A stretch of DNA of 64,000 bases from the NCBI GenBank assembly GCA_963707955.1, contig OY970176.1, forward strand, positions 1,472,001 to 1,536,000. Direction: 5' to 3'. The position numbers were made by a program, and so were the translations under genes. This stretch comes from Candidatus Bathyarchaeota archaeon (GTDB taxonomy: Archaea > Thermoproteota > Bathyarchaeia > Bathyarchaeales > Bathycorpusculaceae). Positions 29,559 to 39,596 of this stretch are shown one piece after another. Within the stretch, counting starts at the first letter, position 1, and the number at the start of each line of letters is the position of its first letter. The notes below the pieces were generated by a model. The model had not been told where the DNA came from and did no database searches. It saw nothing but the letters and a program-made list of their open reading frames with translations.

Positions 29559-30005
29559 TTAGAACGGTCTCATTGACCATACGCGGGCGGCTTCGTACCA
29601 GAAGATTGCTGTGACGATGGCTCCGAAGGAGAGTATGAACAGGTTTTCTCTTGTGAGTCCTTGCATCAGCACTAGGATGTAGGCTGCGTAGAACGTGGTG
29701 CAGAACACGGCGTAGAAGAAGTATCTTGGGAACAGCAATTTTCCGAGTTTGACGAAGTGGCGGAGCACGCCGATTTTGACCTCGCTGACGAGGGAGTAGT
29801 TGCCTCCGACTTCCTGTTTTGTGACCAGTCCGAGCTCGCGTAGCTGTTCAAGATGATGTTGCGCCACGCTTGGGCTGCTGAAGTGCAGGGTTCTTTGAAC
29901 TTCCCTAACGCTCATCGGCCTGCCGTTCTTTAGTAGTAGCCAGTAGACTTTCCAATCCTTGCCTCTAAGTGCGTACTCAAACTCGGTTTCGCCCTCAGCG
30001 TTCAA
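29559..30005 (-). CDS. membrane-anchored winged-HTH regulator
   Basis: SVREVQRTLHFSSPSVAQHHLEQL HTH followed by two TM helices. Confidence 0.8.
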   Translation of the reverse strand: MNAEGETEFEYALRGKDWKVYWLLLKNGRPMSVREVQRTLHFSSPSVAQHHLEQLRELGLVTKQEVGGNYSLVSEVKIGVLRHFVKLGKLLFPRYFFYAVFCTTFYAAYILVLMQGLTRENLFILSFGAIVTAIFWYEAARVWSMRPF

Positions 30006-30511
30006 GGCTTAGCACGCTTCAGTGACATAACATTAGTTAGGCGGTGCTTATAATTCCAATTTCTAGAACATGCCATTGCAGCCTAGCGCGTCAGAGTTTC
30101 TAAGGTCTATTTGTTGCTGTTTCGTGCGGGTAGATACGCTACATCCCTGTATTCGCGTTTTCACCTCGTCTATTTTACCCTCCCCCTCCCCCCTAGGGTG
30201 CTGGTACTGCGCGTAGGCGCTTGTGAAGGCTCTGGCGGATTTGTACGGGCTTTAAGCCGAGCGCGTGCGGAGGGCTTGAAACAGAGCTAGGGAGGGTAGT
30301 TCCTGAGCAATGTTGACACGTCTGTCCTTCCTCCTAGGGTGTGCTCTTCACTGCGGGTTCTTCTTTGTGACAAGTGTTGCTGAGGCGGGCTTAAGCTTAG
30401 GTTTATCGAGTTTCGTTGCTTGTTGTGTCGTCGTTTCCATATGATGAGCTTAAGTGTCGCGGAGGAACATCATGAACGTGTTTGTGAGAATCTCTTTTGG
30501 TTAGTTTTTGG

Positions 30512-31372
30512 TCATGTTGCGGCGCTGATGATGAATGCCAGCAAGCCGAAGATGAACCATAGGAGTACGGTGTTCTTGATTTTTCTGCTGTTTTCTCTGG
30601 AATGGTTTTTGAGGAGCATGAGAGACGACGCTGCGAGTCCGATGTCTGTAACCATAACAAGCGGAATGTACCAGAAAGAGACGATGCCGAGAAGCCACGG
30701 CGTCGGGCTTAAGCCCACGGCTGAAAGATAGAAAAGCGCTGCGGCAACGGCTGCATTTTTTTCTCCGTACCGCACGGCGAGGGTTTTCACGTTCTGCGTC
30801 CTGTCACCTTGCACATCCACGATGCCCTTGGTTATCTCCCTCCCAGTGATTGAAAGAAAGACCATCAAAGCGAAGAGGAGCACGTTCAACTTGACTTCGT
30901 TAGCTACGGCCACGCTTCCGTAGACGAACGGTATCGATACGCAGAGGCTGACGAGGAGGTTGCCGGGCAGTCCGCTTCGTTTTCCGACAGTTGTGTACCC
31001 TACTGAAATGATCCAGGCGATTATAGCCGTCGGAAGACACAGGGGATACGCTGAATTCGTCAGGTACGCCGTGACGAGACCTACCATGGTAAGGATAAGC
31101 GCAAAGATCAAGGCTTCTCCCGGCTTGACCAGACCGTTTGGAATGGGGCGGCTAGGCTCGTTTATGACGTCTATCTTCCTGTCGTAGTAATCGTTTATTG
31201 CCATCGAGGCAGCGGTAAGCGTGAAGCCGGTGATGAAACCGTAGACAAGGCTCGGCCAAGCTGCGCTCATGCTGCTCAGGCTGACAAGGCTTGCACCGAC
31301 TATTACAGCGAGGCCCATCATGAAGCAGTTTATAGGCCGCATTAGACGCAGGTAGCCGCCGAGTTTTCTCAT
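30512..31372 (-). CDS. digeranylgeranylglyceryl phosphate synthase (UbiA family)
   Basis: NDYYDRKIDVINEPSRPIP; REITKGIVDVQGD. Confidence 0.88.
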   Translation of the reverse strand: MRKLGGYLRLMRPINCFMMGLAVIVGASLVSLSSMSAAWPSLVYGFITGFTLTAASMAINDYYDRKIDVINEPSRPIPNGLVKPGEALIFALILTMVGLVTAYLTNSAYPLCLPTAIIAWIISVGYTTVGKRSGLPGNLLVSLCVSIPFVYGSVAVANEVKLNVLLFALMVFLSITGREITKGIVDVQGDRTQNVKTLAVRYGEKNAAVAAALFYLSAVGLSPTPWLLGIVSFWYIPLVMVTDIGLAASSLMLLKNHSRENSRKIKNTVLLWFIFGLLAFIISAAT

Positions 31373-31458
31373 GTTCTCAAACCTCGCAGTAACATAATGG
31401 TTTTCTTCTAAGGTAAGTAATAAAACTCGCGTCTAGCCTCAAAAGTTTAATACGCTTA

Positions 31459-32769
31459 GTGTTGATAACTCATTCAAAAGCTTGTGGGTGTAGATCCTTG
31501 CGAGACAACTACGCTCTGGAAAGGTTAAGGGTGATAATACCGGTTGGGGGAAAAGCCACGCGTTTGTTGCCCCTCACGGCCGAGACTAGCAAAGCGTGCA
31601 TTCGACTGTTGAACAGGCCTCTGATAGATTTTTCGCTGCTGCCCCTTGCGCGTCAGGGTATCAAAAACTTCATTTTCGGCGTTAAGGGTTACACGAACTA
31701 CAGGGACCTGCACGATTATTTTGAGTCAGGCTACGGTTTTTCTGCGAGGTACGGTATAGAGCCGCGTGTTCACATAAAGTATCAGCCGAACGTTGAAGAC
31801 CTTGGCAGCGCGGACTCTGCAAGTATAAACATGGAGTACTACGGCGTCGAAGACCCAGTGTTTGCGGTGCAGGGCGACAACATTTTTGACGTGAACGTGA
31901 AGGAACTCGTGGATTTTCATCAGAAGAAGGGCGCAGTGATGACCATCGCGCTGAGGAAGGTTGAGAACGTTGAAGGATACGGCATAGCTGACATAAACAA
32001 GGACATGAGAATCTCCAGGTTCGTCGAAAAACCGGCGCCTAAGGACGCTCCCTCAGACCTCGCCAACACGGGTCTGTACATGGTTTCTCCTGAGATAAGG
32101 AAAATATTCAAGGAGAAAGGGGTCAAGCAGTTAATCAAGGAGACGCATCGTCTCGACTTTGGCTACGACTTTATCCCCTACCTGATCAGCACCGGGCGGC
32201 CAGTTTACGGTTACACACTGGAAGGAAACTGGTACGACGTTGGCACTCCCAAACGCTACCTCGAAGCGATGAAGGACATGCTTGACGGAAAGTTTGCTTC
32301 GCTAACCGACTTCGGCGGAAGACTAAGCGAGGAGAAGAGGATATGGGTTCAGGGGGAAAGCGTCGAATCGATGAGAAGAAGGCAGGAAATAATCAAGAAG
32401 ATCAAAAAGGGCAAGATCGAGGTTGAAGGCTCTGTCCTCATAGGCAGACACTGCAAGATCAACAACGGCGTCAGAATAGTGAATTCGTGCATCGACAACT
32501 ACACACAGATAGGCAAAGACGTTGAGATAGAGGACTCTGCAGTCATGGACCGAGTCATAATCGGGGACAAGACGACTATAAAGGACAGCATCGTGGGGCG
32601 GCATGTGACAGTTTCTTCAAGCCCTCGAAAACCGACAAAGATACAATCTGTCTCCGTCATAGCTGACGACGTAATAGTTGACCAGGGTTGCACATTGACT
32701 GCAACGAAGATCTACCCGCACCAATACGTCAGAGGGCAATTCGAAAACCAAACGTTGATGACAGGCTGA
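31459..32769 (+). CDS. sugar-phosphate nucleotidyltransferase with hexapeptide C-terminus (true start probably ~31500-31520)
   Basis: GGKATRLLPLT, FVEKP, WYDVGTP; left-handed beta-helix-type repeats. Confidence 0.85.
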   Translation: MLITHSKACGCRSLRDNYALERLRVIIPVGGKATRLLPLTAETSKACIRLLNRPLIDFSLLPLARQGIKNFIFGVKGYTNYRDLHDYFESGYGFSARYGIEPRVHIKYQPNVEDLGSADSASINMEYYGVEDPVFAVQGDNIFDVNVKELVDFHQKKGAVMTIALRKVENVEGYGIADINKDMRISRFVEKPAPKDAPSDLANTGLYMVSPEIRKIFKEKGVKQLIKETHRLDFGYDFIPYLISTGRPVYGYTLEGNWYDVGTPKRYLEAMKDMLDGKFASLTDFGGRLSEEKRIWVQGESVESMRRRQEIIKKIKKGKIEVEGSVLIGRHCKINNGVRIVNSCIDNYTQIGKDVEIEDSAVMDRVIIGDKTTIKDSIVGRHVTVSSSPRKPTKIQSVSVIADDVIVDQGCTLTATKIYPHQYVRGQFENQTLMTG

Positions 32770-32874
32770 AAACCGCGCTTCCTAAACATTCTACGAAATA
32801 ACGCTTGAAAACCGTTCAAAAGCAGCGGCAGCTCTATTTATTGGAAATTGCCTGTAGAATTATAGGACCGAAGA

Positions 32875-33345
32875 ATGAACTTTGACCTATCAGAGATCAG
32901 AAAGAAGACGATTTCCGTAGGTCAGTATATCGATAGCATGGAGCAGCCGTTTAAGGAGAAGTTCTTAAAGAGAAAACAAGCGTACGAGCTGCAGCCAGAA
33001 GTAGTTGATCAACTGAGAAACTCGGCGGAAAAGTACGTTGCCATCGTCTTTTCAGCCGCATGGTGCAAGGACTGCGCGGAAAACATCCCTGTATTATCCT
33101 TATTATCCGAAGCCACAGGATTGGAAGTCAGAGTGTTCGGAGGGCTAATGAAAGATCCGCTCAGCCAGGTTTGTAAGTGGAGGATTCCACCTTCTCCACC
33201 TGAAGTCATAACGTTTGAAGTTGACAAGATTCCTCTGATGATAATAGTTGACCTTTGTGGTAGGGAAATAGGCAGAGTAGTTGAGTCTCCTAAGAGATGG
33301 CCCACTCTAGAACAGGAGCTTTACGAAATCATCAAATCCCACTAA
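32875..33345 (+). CDS. thioredoxin-fold protein
   Basis: WCKDC motif and cis-Pro KIP. Confidence 0.85.
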   Translation: MNFDLSEIRKKTISVGQYIDSMEQPFKEKFLKRKQAYELQPEVVDQLRNSAEKYVAIVFSAAWCKDCAENIPVLSLLSEATGLEVRVFGGLMKDPLSQVCKWRIPPSPPEVITFEVDKIPLMIIVDLCGREIGRVVESPKRWPTLEQELYEIIKSH

Positions 33346-33693
33346 ACTTCGCTTCTCGCAACACAGCGGGATGCATAACGCTCGAATTCTTGGCACATAC
33401 TGGGGAAAAATCTTGTTTCCTATTTCATCCTTGCCTTGCATCATGTTAAGCTCAGCTCGCTGAAGGTGCGAGTCAATTCACTTACAAATCATCTTTGTCC
33501 ATTTGGAAATGCTCTCTTAATTCTACGTGCATACTACCCATAAGAAATAAGGACGCGCGGGAGAAATCACCACATGTCGTATGATAGTGCACGTTGCTTG
33601 GTTTCTCAACCAGATTTTGACTCGTGCATTTTTGTTACCGGAACGTCAGCTTAGCTTGCCTGTTGTTTTTAACGGTTTTATAGGATGGCTTTT

Positions 33694-34011
33694 TTACATT
33701 TCCGATTTGACGGTTATTGTTTCATTCAAATCGACTTGGTTCTTTTCCCTAATACAACCACAGGGTCTATAAATCAATAATAGTTCCTCGCATTCTCTGC
33801 CTTTAGCCTTGCCCAATTCTGTGCACCCTCTACTTTTTGCCTCATTATCCGGCACTGTGCACTCTCTTACTTTGGCTTCTTCCAATCTTAGCAATGTATT
33901 GTCGTTTTTTGCAATATACTTTTTAACTTTAACCTCGCCAATTTTCTTCTCTACTTGTTGCACAGCAAATTGCCTCCTGTAAGCACGGGCTAACTTAACC
34001 TTCGGGTACAC
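33694..34011 (-). CDS. hypothetical protein with three short Cys-containing repeats
   Basis: 105 aa AT-rich ORF; EAKVREC / EAKSRGC / KAKGREC. Confidence 0.4.
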   Translation of the reverse strand: MYPKVKLARAYRRQFAVQQVEKKIGEVKVKKYIAKNDNTLLRLEEAKVRECTVPDNEAKSRGCTELGKAKGRECEELLLIYRPCGCIREKNQVDLNETITVKSEM

Positions 34012-34174
34012 TACACTATGCTCTTAAGTATGATGATTAGAGAATAAATCGTTTTTCATGTTTTTTATTCTGCTTGCTTGCCTCAGCGGAAAAATTTTTA
34101 CGTAAACTTGCGCGCGCGTCAATTCCATAGCAGAGTCACCTTAGCAAATGTGTTCTATTAAGAAAAATTGGTTC

Positions 34175-34732
34175 TTACGCTTTGAACCATTTGAATATCA
34201 AGTATCTTGTCTTTGCTTTCTCTGAGTCGGGAACTGCGATTATGAACCTTTTTCTGACGGTGGTCGCGAGTCTTCCGGCCTTGACTATTTCAGTGGCTGT
34301 CATCTCGGATTTGGCTTTTTTGACTGAGACCATGTAGGGGGCGTGTTCGACTCCTGGGCCGTGTTTGTAAACGGCGAAGTCGCAGCCAAACTTTATGCCT
34401 GGTGTGACGATTAGCTCGCTGTCTCTTAGGTCGCGGTAGACGGTGTATTTGTCGTCAAACTCTTCGTACAGTCGCTTGGCCACCTGGCGGAGCTTTCTTG
34501 GGCCTACTTTGACTTTTTTAGGGCCTTCGTACACCGTTATGATGCCTTCTTCAACCAGGTAGAGGCCTTCCATCAGGTCCAGAATGAGTGGAACGTTGAA
34601 TTCTGGGATCTTGGGTTTGGCGATTCCGAGGGGTTTGCCGTAGAACCCTTTCCTGTAGAGTTCTGAGCCGTCTGTGGGGTTCCAAACTACTAAGAAGTTC
34701 TCAATCAGTTCTACGCTTATTTTCTTGGGCAT
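34175..34732 (-). CDS. endA: tRNA splicing endonuclease, catalytic subunit
   Basis: GIKFGCDFAVY..GPGVEHA; GRLATTVRK (Tyr-His-Lys triad). Confidence 0.92.
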   Translation of the reverse strand: MPKKISVELIENFLVVWNPTDGSELYRKGFYGKPLGIAKPKIPEFNVPLILDLMEGLYLVEEGIITVYEGPKKVKVGPRKLRQVAKRLYEEFDDKYTVYRDLRDSELIVTPGIKFGCDFAVYKHGPGVEHAPYMVSVKKAKSEMTATEIVKAGRLATTVRKRFIIAVPDSEKAKTRYLIFKWFKA

Positions 34733-34746
34733 CAGCTTGTTCGCCT

Positions 34747-35424
34747 TTACATCATGAAGGAAAGGATTCGCACAGCGTCAGCCGCATCTTCTGCTTTGTC
34801 TGCAGAATCCTCAAGAAGCTGCAGTACGTCTCTTAACAGTATTAAGGCCGGGAAGTCCATTTTGCTGCTGAGGAGTCGTATCTCGAGTTCGCGGTAGATC
34901 TCATCGACCTTGCGTTCGGCGACCTCAACGTCGTTGGCTTTCTCCATCGTTTTGCTTGGACCGTAGTTTAGAACCATCACTGTTTCTTTGAGCTTCACAA
35001 CTGCCTCCAAAACGGCTTCTGAGAGCGTCAGCAGTTCCTTCTTTATGTCCGTGGGGACCTTCCAGTTATGGTTCGTGATTTCGTTCAGTCGGAAGGCTAT
35101 GCCCTCGGAGAAATCTGCGATTTCGCTCGTTAGGTTCGTGAACCTCAAGAAATCTTCTCTGCTGAATAGGATGGCTCCTATTTCAGCCAGCTCCTGTGAG
35201 ACGAGTCTTCTAGCCTTGTCAACGTCGTCTTCGCCGCTTCTAATTTCGCTGAAAAGTTGTCTTGCTCCGTCCTTGTCGTTCTTGTTGAAACAGTCTATCA
35301 TCTGGGGAACCTTTCTGGTAACGTCTACGACTTTGCGCAGATGGTCTTGACAGACGTTGAGCGCTCTGCGTTTTACTCTTTCTTCGGTTTCTGCTGGAAG
35401 GACCAAGTTTTTTCCCGCCCGCAA
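34747..35424 (-). CDS. DUF47/PhoU-like protein
   Basis: Helical repeats E..VD..RR, REDFL, ERKVDEIYR, EDSADKAEDAAD. Confidence 0.8.
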   Translation of the reverse strand: MRAGKNLVLPAETEERVKRRALNVCQDHLRKVVDVTRKVPQMIDCFNKNDKDGARQLFSEIRSGEDDVDKARRLVSQELAEIGAILFSREDFLRFTNLTSEIADFSEGIAFRLNEITNHNWKVPTDIKKELLTLSEAVLEAVVKLKETVMVLNYGPSKTMEKANDVEVAERKVDEIYRELEIRLLSSKMDFPALILLRDVLQLLEDSADKAEDAADAVRILSFMM

Positions 35425-35490
35425 AATAGGGCACTTTCTTCTAACCTTAGATGTGCTGAAGTCTTAAAATAGTTAGCGAAACAAGAGTTT

Positions 35491-37302
35491 TCAAACAGGT
35501 TTGCCTAGCTGCTCAAATTCGATCATTCCCCTGAAATATTCGTGCAGAAACGTTTTCAGGTCCGAAATACATGTTCTAACCTGTTTCCACGAGTCACGGT
35601 CGCGGATCGTAACAGCGTCATCGCTCAGCGTGTCGTAATCCACTGTGATGCCCAGTTGCGCTCCAACTTCGTCTGCGCGGGCGTATCGTCTACCAATAGA
35701 GCCTGCCTCATCATACTCCGCTATAAAGCCTTCATCAATCAGCATCTTCTGCACTTCCAAAGCCTTCTGGGGCAGTTTGTCCTTGCTTATGAGAGGGTAG
35801 ACCCCGACCTGAATAGGCGCAATGTCACGCGGGAAACTCAGCATCGCCCTGCCATCCTTCACCCGATAAGCGTACTCAAGAGCTACGTACAGAAACCTGT
35901 CTGAGCCAAAACTAGGCTCAACGACGTGAGGAATGAAATGTCTTCCACGCTCTACGGTTTTTTCGCGTTGAACGTCGACGTGTTCGGGCAGGATCTTGTA
36001 TTTTCCAAGCATGCAGTGACCGTTCTTCTTCAAGGATGCTTCGAGCTTTTGTGGATCGACTTTTGACAGCTCTTCCGCAACTCTTGCAGCTTCTCCTTTG
36101 AAACTTGGCCCAAGTTTAGCCATGATGGGTTTTAATGTAAGGCGTTCCCTCTCAACTGGCTTTTCGTATTCCTTGAAAACCTGCATGTCCTGACCGCTGT
36201 GCTCCATGTGACTTCTGAGGTCGTAGTCCGTTCTGTCAGCGTGCCCAGAGACTTCAACCCAGCCCCATCGTTCAACCAGAACCTGCTGGTCGAAGGTTTG
36301 GCGCGCATAATGGGCTTTTTCCCACGGCAGCTTTTCGATGAACCTTTGTTTCTCCGCTGGAACACCAAGCTCGACCAAGAGTCTCTTGGCATATGCCATG
36401 AAGGTTGCATGCCATTCCGACTTGATAATTCCTCTTTTCACGACATCTCCCACCGTGGCTTCTGTGATGTCTTCTGAACCTTTCTGTCTTGTCTCTGCTA
36501 AAAGAATCCGAAGCTTTTCGTCTTCAACATCTTTCAAGAGATAACAGTTGGGTTCTTCAGGGTCGAAGAAAAATTCCAAGTCTGCTATAGTGAATTCTCT
36601 CACCCTTATCAGGCCCTGTCTGGGTGAGATTTCGTTTCTCAAAGCGTGCCCAATCTGGAGGACGCCGAATGGAAGCTTTTCTCGTGCCATTCCGTACAGG
36701 CGATTGAATTCTACAAAGATGCCCTGCGCGGTTTCCGGTCTTCCGTAACCCACAGCTTTTGAATATGGGCCTATGGTGGTTTTGAACATCGTTAGGAAAG
36801 TCTCTGATTTGCCGAAGACGCCGCCGCAGTCTGGACACTTAATCTTGTTCTTCTTGATCGCTTCGTCGATCTCGGTTAAACTTAGTTTTTCAGCATCTGT
36901 CTCAGTCATCTTCGCAGATTCCTCGAGCAAGTGGTCTGCGCGGAATCTTTTGCCACATTTTGTGCATTCGACGAGGGGTTCTTTGAAGTGGGTAATGTGG
37001 CCTGAGGCTTCGAAAACCTCTGCTGGAGCGATCACAGGTGATTCGATCTCCAAGACTCCGAGTTTGTTCACGAAAAGCTCTCGCAGTTTCTTCTCGATGT
37101 TTTGTTTCAGCCTTGTACCTAATGGACCGTAGGTTACGAAACCGCTTACGCCGCCGTAGATCTCGTATGATTGCCAGAAGAAGCCGCGCCGCCGTGCAAG
37201 TTCGTTAATGATCGTGAACTTGTCTGGGTTTTTTTCATCTTTCATTTCATCAGCCTCCTTTAGAGTAAACATCTCAGAAACTTTAACCTTACTAACCTGC
37301 AT
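35491..37302 (-). CDS. glyS: glycyl-tRNA synthetase (archaeal/eukaryal type)
   Basis: RRGFFW, RPETAQGIF, RNEISPRQGLIRVREF, EPSFG, SIGRRYARADE. Confidence 0.95.
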   Translation of the reverse strand: MQVSKVKVSEMFTLKEADEMKDEKNPDKFTIINELARRRGFFWQSYEIYGGVSGFVTYGPLGTRLKQNIEKKLRELFVNKLGVLEIESPVIAPAEVFEASGHITHFKEPLVECTKCGKRFRADHLLEESAKMTETDAEKLSLTEIDEAIKKNKIKCPDCGGVFGKSETFLTMFKTTIGPYSKAVGYGRPETAQGIFVEFNRLYGMAREKLPFGVLQIGHALRNEISPRQGLIRVREFTIADLEFFFDPEEPNCYLLKDVEDEKLRILLAETRQKGSEDITEATVGDVVKRGIIKSEWHATFMAYAKRLLVELGVPAEKQRFIEKLPWEKAHYARQTFDQQVLVERWGWVEVSGHADRTDYDLRSHMEHSGQDMQVFKEYEKPVERERLTLKPIMAKLGPSFKGEAARVAEELSKVDPQKLEASLKKNGHCMLGKYKILPEHVDVQREKTVERGRHFIPHVVEPSFGSDRFLYVALEYAYRVKDGRAMLSFPRDIAPIQVGVYPLISKDKLPQKALEVQKMLIDEGFIAEYDEAGSIGRRYARADEVGAQLGITVDYDTLSDDAVTIRDRDSWKQVRTCISDLKTFLHEYFRGMIEFEQLGKPV

Positions 37303-37364
37303 ATTCTAGAAAACGGGAATTGTGGGGGCAAAACTTAACTTCGCTGATGACGTGAAAAAGACGA

Positions 37365-38420
37365 TTGGTGAATCACGTGCCTGCAGAGGTTAAGCTTCTC
37401 GAAAAATTATCAAATGCCTTCGGGCCTTCTGGAAACGAGGAAGATGTGGCTGAGATTCTGAAGAAAGAGCTCAAAGGATACGCTGATGAAACCCATATCG
37501 ATAAGCTTGGAAACGCACTTTTCTACCACCACGGAAAAAAGGGCTATCCTAAGATCATGCTTTCAGCTCACATGGACGAGGTCGGCTTCATAGTCACGTT
37601 CATTGAGGAAAACGGCTTTCTACGCTTTGACATACTCGGAGGCATAACCAACAACATCATGCCTGGACAGAGGATACTCTTCAGGGGAGACAAAGGCTAC
37701 CTTAAGGGAATCGTAGGGACTAAGCCTCCTCACATCATGACGCCTGAAGAACAGAACAAGATAGTACCCAAAGAAGATCTTTTCATCGACATAGGCGCTG
37801 AGAGTCTTTCTCAGGCGCAGGGAAAGGGCGCAGAAGTTGGAACCTTGGGCGTCTTCGACGTAGAGTTCACAGACTTGGGAGATGGATACTTCAGGGGCAA
37901 GGCGCTTGATGACAGAGCTGGGTGCACCGTCCTTGCAGAAGTGTTCAAGTCTTTGAAAGACTCCCCTTACAACGTTGTTGCTGTGGGATCGGTCCAGGAA
38001 GAACTAGGGATAAGAGGGGCAAGAACTGCGGCTTGGCAGGTGGACCCTGACTATGGGCTCGCTCTGGAGGGGACCTTCGTGGCAGACGTTCCGGGCACTA
38101 GACCAGATAGAGTTTCATCGAAGATCAAGGGCGGCCCTGTTGTAACAATAATGGACAGATCAGTCTTCACGCATCCTCATGTTCTCAAGACATTGATCAA
38201 GGCCGCAAAGCAGAAGTCAATACCCTTCCAGTTCAAGAAGGTGCCGGTGGGCGGAACAGATGCGGGTGCGATCCATCTCACGCGGGCAGGTGTGCCGAGC
38301 GGAACCGTGGCCGTGCCCTGCAGGTATATTCATGGACCTGCCTCAATCATCCACGCTGACGATCTGCGGAACACCATAAGACTGGTAACAGAGTTTGTGA
38401 AAACAATATCCGTAAGATAA
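37365..38420 (+). CDS. M42 family (TET-like) aminopeptidase
   Basis: SAHMDEVG, KALDDRAG, QEELG, GGTDAG, RYIH. Confidence 0.92.
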   Translation: MVNHVPAEVKLLEKLSNAFGPSGNEEDVAEILKKELKGYADETHIDKLGNALFYHHGKKGYPKIMLSAHMDEVGFIVTFIEENGFLRFDILGGITNNIMPGQRILFRGDKGYLKGIVGTKPPHIMTPEEQNKIVPKEDLFIDIGAESLSQAQGKGAEVGTLGVFDVEFTDLGDGYFRGKALDDRAGCTVLAEVFKSLKDSPYNVVAVGSVQEELGIRGARTAAWQVDPDYGLALEGTFVADVPGTRPDRVSSKIKGGPVVTIMDRSVFTHPHVLKTLIKAAKQKSIPFQFKKVPVGGTDAGAIHLTRAGVPSGTVAVPCRYIHGPASIIHADDLRNTIRLVTEFVKTISVR

Positions 38421-38522
38421 GCCGGTGGAGTTTCTAGATAGAACATCTGCAATATGCGGAAGGGATAGCGTAGGCTTTTTTAAGAAAGTCCATATAAAAG
38501 CTTTCCAGTAAGGTGCTAGGGT

Positions 38523-39584
38523 TTGTCAAAGATAAGAGTGGCCATAGTCGGCGTCGGCAACTGCGCGTCAGCCTTGATGCAAGGGTTGCAATACTACGGC
38601 AACTGCGTCAAAGAGGCAGAATGTATTGGCTTGCGAAACGCTGTTTTGGGCGGTTTTCGCCCGAATGATGTTGAAATCGTTGCCGCTTTCGACATTAACG
38701 ACCGAAAAGTCGGGAAAGACCTGTCTGAGGCTGTTTTTGCTCAGCCTAACAATGTTCCGAAGCTGGCTGATGTGCCACCTTCTAACGTCATCGTCCACAA
38801 AGGGCCAGTTATGGACGGTGTGGGGGAGTACACGAGACGTGTTGTTCAGGTGAGCGGCCACGATGACGCGAACGTTGCATTGGTTCTAAAGGAAAGTGAA
38901 GCAGAAATCGTGCTGAACTTGCTTCCGTCTGGCGCGGTGAAGGCTTCTCAATGGTATGCTGAGCAATCACTGTTATCGAGTTGCGCGTTGGTTAACGTGA
39001 CGCCCAATTTCATCGCTAGCGATGCTGCATGGGCTGAGAGGTTTGAAACGGTTGGGCTTCCACTAGTGGGTGATGACCTGGTGGACCAAGTGGGCGCGAC
39101 CACTCTGCACAAGACTTTGCTCAACCTTCTTTCGATGAACGGCGTCCGAATCACCCAAACGTACCAGCTTGACGTCGGCGGAGGCACGGAATCTTTGGAC
39201 ACGTTGGAGCGAACAAAAGATGTCAAACGCGTTGTCAAGACAAAGTCTGTTGAGGCTGCATTGTCTTACTCCGCGGCGGTTGTAGCCGGGTCCACAGACT
39301 ACGTTGACTTCCTGCAGAACAAGCGAGACAGCTACTTTTGGATCAAGGGGTTGTACTTCTGCAACGTGCCAATGCAGATGGATTTGAAGCTCTCAACGGT
39401 CGACGCGCCGAACGCCGGCTCGGTCCTGCTGGACGTGATAAGAGCTGTCAAGGTGGCCGAAGAAAGAAAACTGAAAGGCTCAATACTGCCAATCTGTGCG
39501 TACGCCTTCAAGCATCCGCCTCAACTCTTGTCCCTTGAAGCTGCCGAGAAGTTGTTTGCCGACTTCATTACGGGCGAGGCCTGA
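38523..39584 (+). CDS. myo-inositol-1-phosphate synthase family protein
   Basis: GVGNCASAL, GDD-VDQVGAT, YQLDVGG, DAPNAG, FKHPP. Confidence 0.85.
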   Translation: MSKIRVAIVGVGNCASALMQGLQYYGNCVKEAECIGLRNAVLGGFRPNDVEIVAAFDINDRKVGKDLSEAVFAQPNNVPKLADVPPSNVIVHKGPVMDGVGEYTRRVVQVSGHDDANVALVLKESEAEIVLNLLPSGAVKASQWYAEQSLLSSCALVNVTPNFIASDAAWAERFETVGLPLVGDDLVDQVGATTLHKTLLNLLSMNGVRITQTYQLDVGGGTESLDTLERTKDVKRVVKTKSVEAALSYSAAVVAGSTDYVDFLQNKRDSYFWIKGLYFCNVPMQMDLKLSTVDAPNAGSVLLDVIRAVKVAEERKLKGSILPICAYAFKHPPQLLSLEAAEKLFADFITGEA

Positions 39585-39596
39585 GAGACAAAACCC

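Noticed and set aside
30150-30420. RNase P RNA or SRP RNA
   Set aside because: Conserved P4 and SRP helix-8 signatures not found on either strand.
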